Shown: positions 62,649 through 64,000 of the stretch, one piece after another
How the letters are laid out: the number at the start of each line of letters is the position of its first letter
How positions within the stretch are numbered: the stretch's first letter is position 1
From: Mobula hypostoma
Lineage: Eukaryota
Assembly: GCF_963921235.1 (NCBI RefSeq)
Contig: NC_086097.1
Location: 6,944,001-7,008,000 of the forward strand
DNA length: 64,000 nucleotides
Direction: 5' to 3'
Made by a program: the position numbers and the translations under genes
Notes under the pieces: model-generated
What the model saw: only the letters and a program-made list of their open reading frames with translations
Told to the model about the DNA's origin: nothing
Database searches by the model: none

Positions 62649-63457
62649 CTCAGCCAATGGACTCAATTTCAAGGACTCGTCATCTGACGTTCTCAGTAAT
62701 TATTTACTTATTTACTATTCTTTTCTTCAGGTTTTTTTTAAATTTGCACAGTTTGTTGTCCTTTGCAAATTGGTTGCTTCTCAATCTTTATTATTATTAT
62801 TATTATTACTATTTATTATTTGTGGTGCAACTGTAACGAAAACCAATTTCCCCCGGGTTCAATAAAATATGACTATGACTATGTATGGTTTTTCCATTGA
62901 TTCTATTGTGTTTCTTTGTATTTACTGTGAATGCTTGCAAGAAAATCAATCTCAGGATAGCATATGATGACATGCATGTATTTCGATAATAAATTTACTT
63001 TGAACTTTCAACTTAGAAAATCTATCCAACAGCCAAAAACAATAAAATCAATTGTTCAGTCATTAGTCTGATTGATAGTTGTGGGATTTCATTGACTCAA
63101 GTCATTGGCTGAGATTTCTATATTACTGGCAGCACACTGGAATGCCCTCCACTTGCTCTATTGGCTCTCAAGAGTGGAGTGCCAGGAGCGTACTGTTTAG
63201 CACGGCATATTAAAGCTTGGGGTGTTGGAGTTCAGAATTCAAATCCGGCACCCTCTGCAAACGGGTGTGTACGTTCCTTCCCATGTGCACATGGGTTTCC
63301 CCTGGGTGCTCCCGTTTTTCCCCACAGATCAAAGCCATGTCGATTAGTCGGTTAATAGATCATTGTAAACTGTCCTGTGATTAGGCTGGGGTTAAATCGG
63401 TAGATTGCTGAGCAGTTGGCTCAAAGGGCCAGAATGCTGTATCTCTGAGTGAATGAA

Positions 63458-63511
63458 TGAGGGAGAGGGAGAGAGGGGGAGAGAGAGAGGGGGAGGGGGT
63501 GAGAGAGAGAG

Positions 63512-63556
<45 letters not shown>
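63458..63556. repeat. (GA)n / polypurine tract at a V-SINE tail
   Basis: Directly visible. Confidence 0.95.
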
Positions 63557-63559
<3 letters not shown>

Positions 63560-64000
63560 TGACTCTATCCAAAACAAAGAGCCTTGTTTAATTAAAATCC
63601 AATCCACACCCTAAACATTCATTCATGAAGTCATGCTGAGTTGGCAAATCTGGGTACAAAATTAGTTTGCTCATAGAAGATGAGAATAGAGGTGAAGGAA
63701 TGTTTCTCTGACTTGAGGTTTGTGGCCAGTGGTATTCCACAAGGTTCAGCAATGGCACTTCTGTTGTTTATGGTGTTTTTATAAATGGTATGGATTAAAT
63801 GTGGATTAGTAAATTTGCAGGTGAGATGAAAATTGATTGGGTTAGAGTCATAGAATCATAGAGCACTACAGCACAGAAACAGGCCCTTCAGTCCATCTAG
63901 TCCATGCTAAACCATTAATCTGCTTACTCCTATTGACCTGCAGTGGGGCCATAGCTCTCCATATCCCTCCCATGCATGCATCTATCCAAGTTTCTCTTAA

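Overview
Repeat-rich vertebrate genomic DNA, most likely from a cartilaginous fish (shark or ray). That assignment is inferred from the repeat content (HE1-type V-SINEs, CR1, Rex1/Babar, Penelope, RTE) and from the gene's divergence. The only host protein-coding gene I can support is a minus-strand, single-coding-exon FLRT2-like gene (26849-28840). It has a splice acceptor at 29252-29253, uORFs in its leader, a CpG-rich upstream island (~29700-32500) and a probable long 3' UTR, inside a TE-poor zone. Most other long ORFs are transposon-derived: a full-length young Nimb/I-clade LINE with RNase H and an exact 14-bp TSD, a decayed near-full-length CR1, hAT (Buster/Charlie-type) elements, L1, Penelope, Rex1 and RTE fragments, and two probable solo LTRs. 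Best second-look items: (1) the Nimb element as a possible horizontal transfer, inside a resolvable nested TE stack; (2) internally deleted 'bipartite' Rex1 non-autonomous LINEs; (3) minimal hammerhead-ribozyme motifs in Penelope-derived hairpin repeats; (4) a ~100-codon uORF ending in a TAATG stop/start overlap at FLRT2; (5) a local inverted duplication that preserves pre-insertion sites. I see no convincing wholly new biological system. Family names come from motif recognition, not database searches, and many repeat boundaries are approximate.
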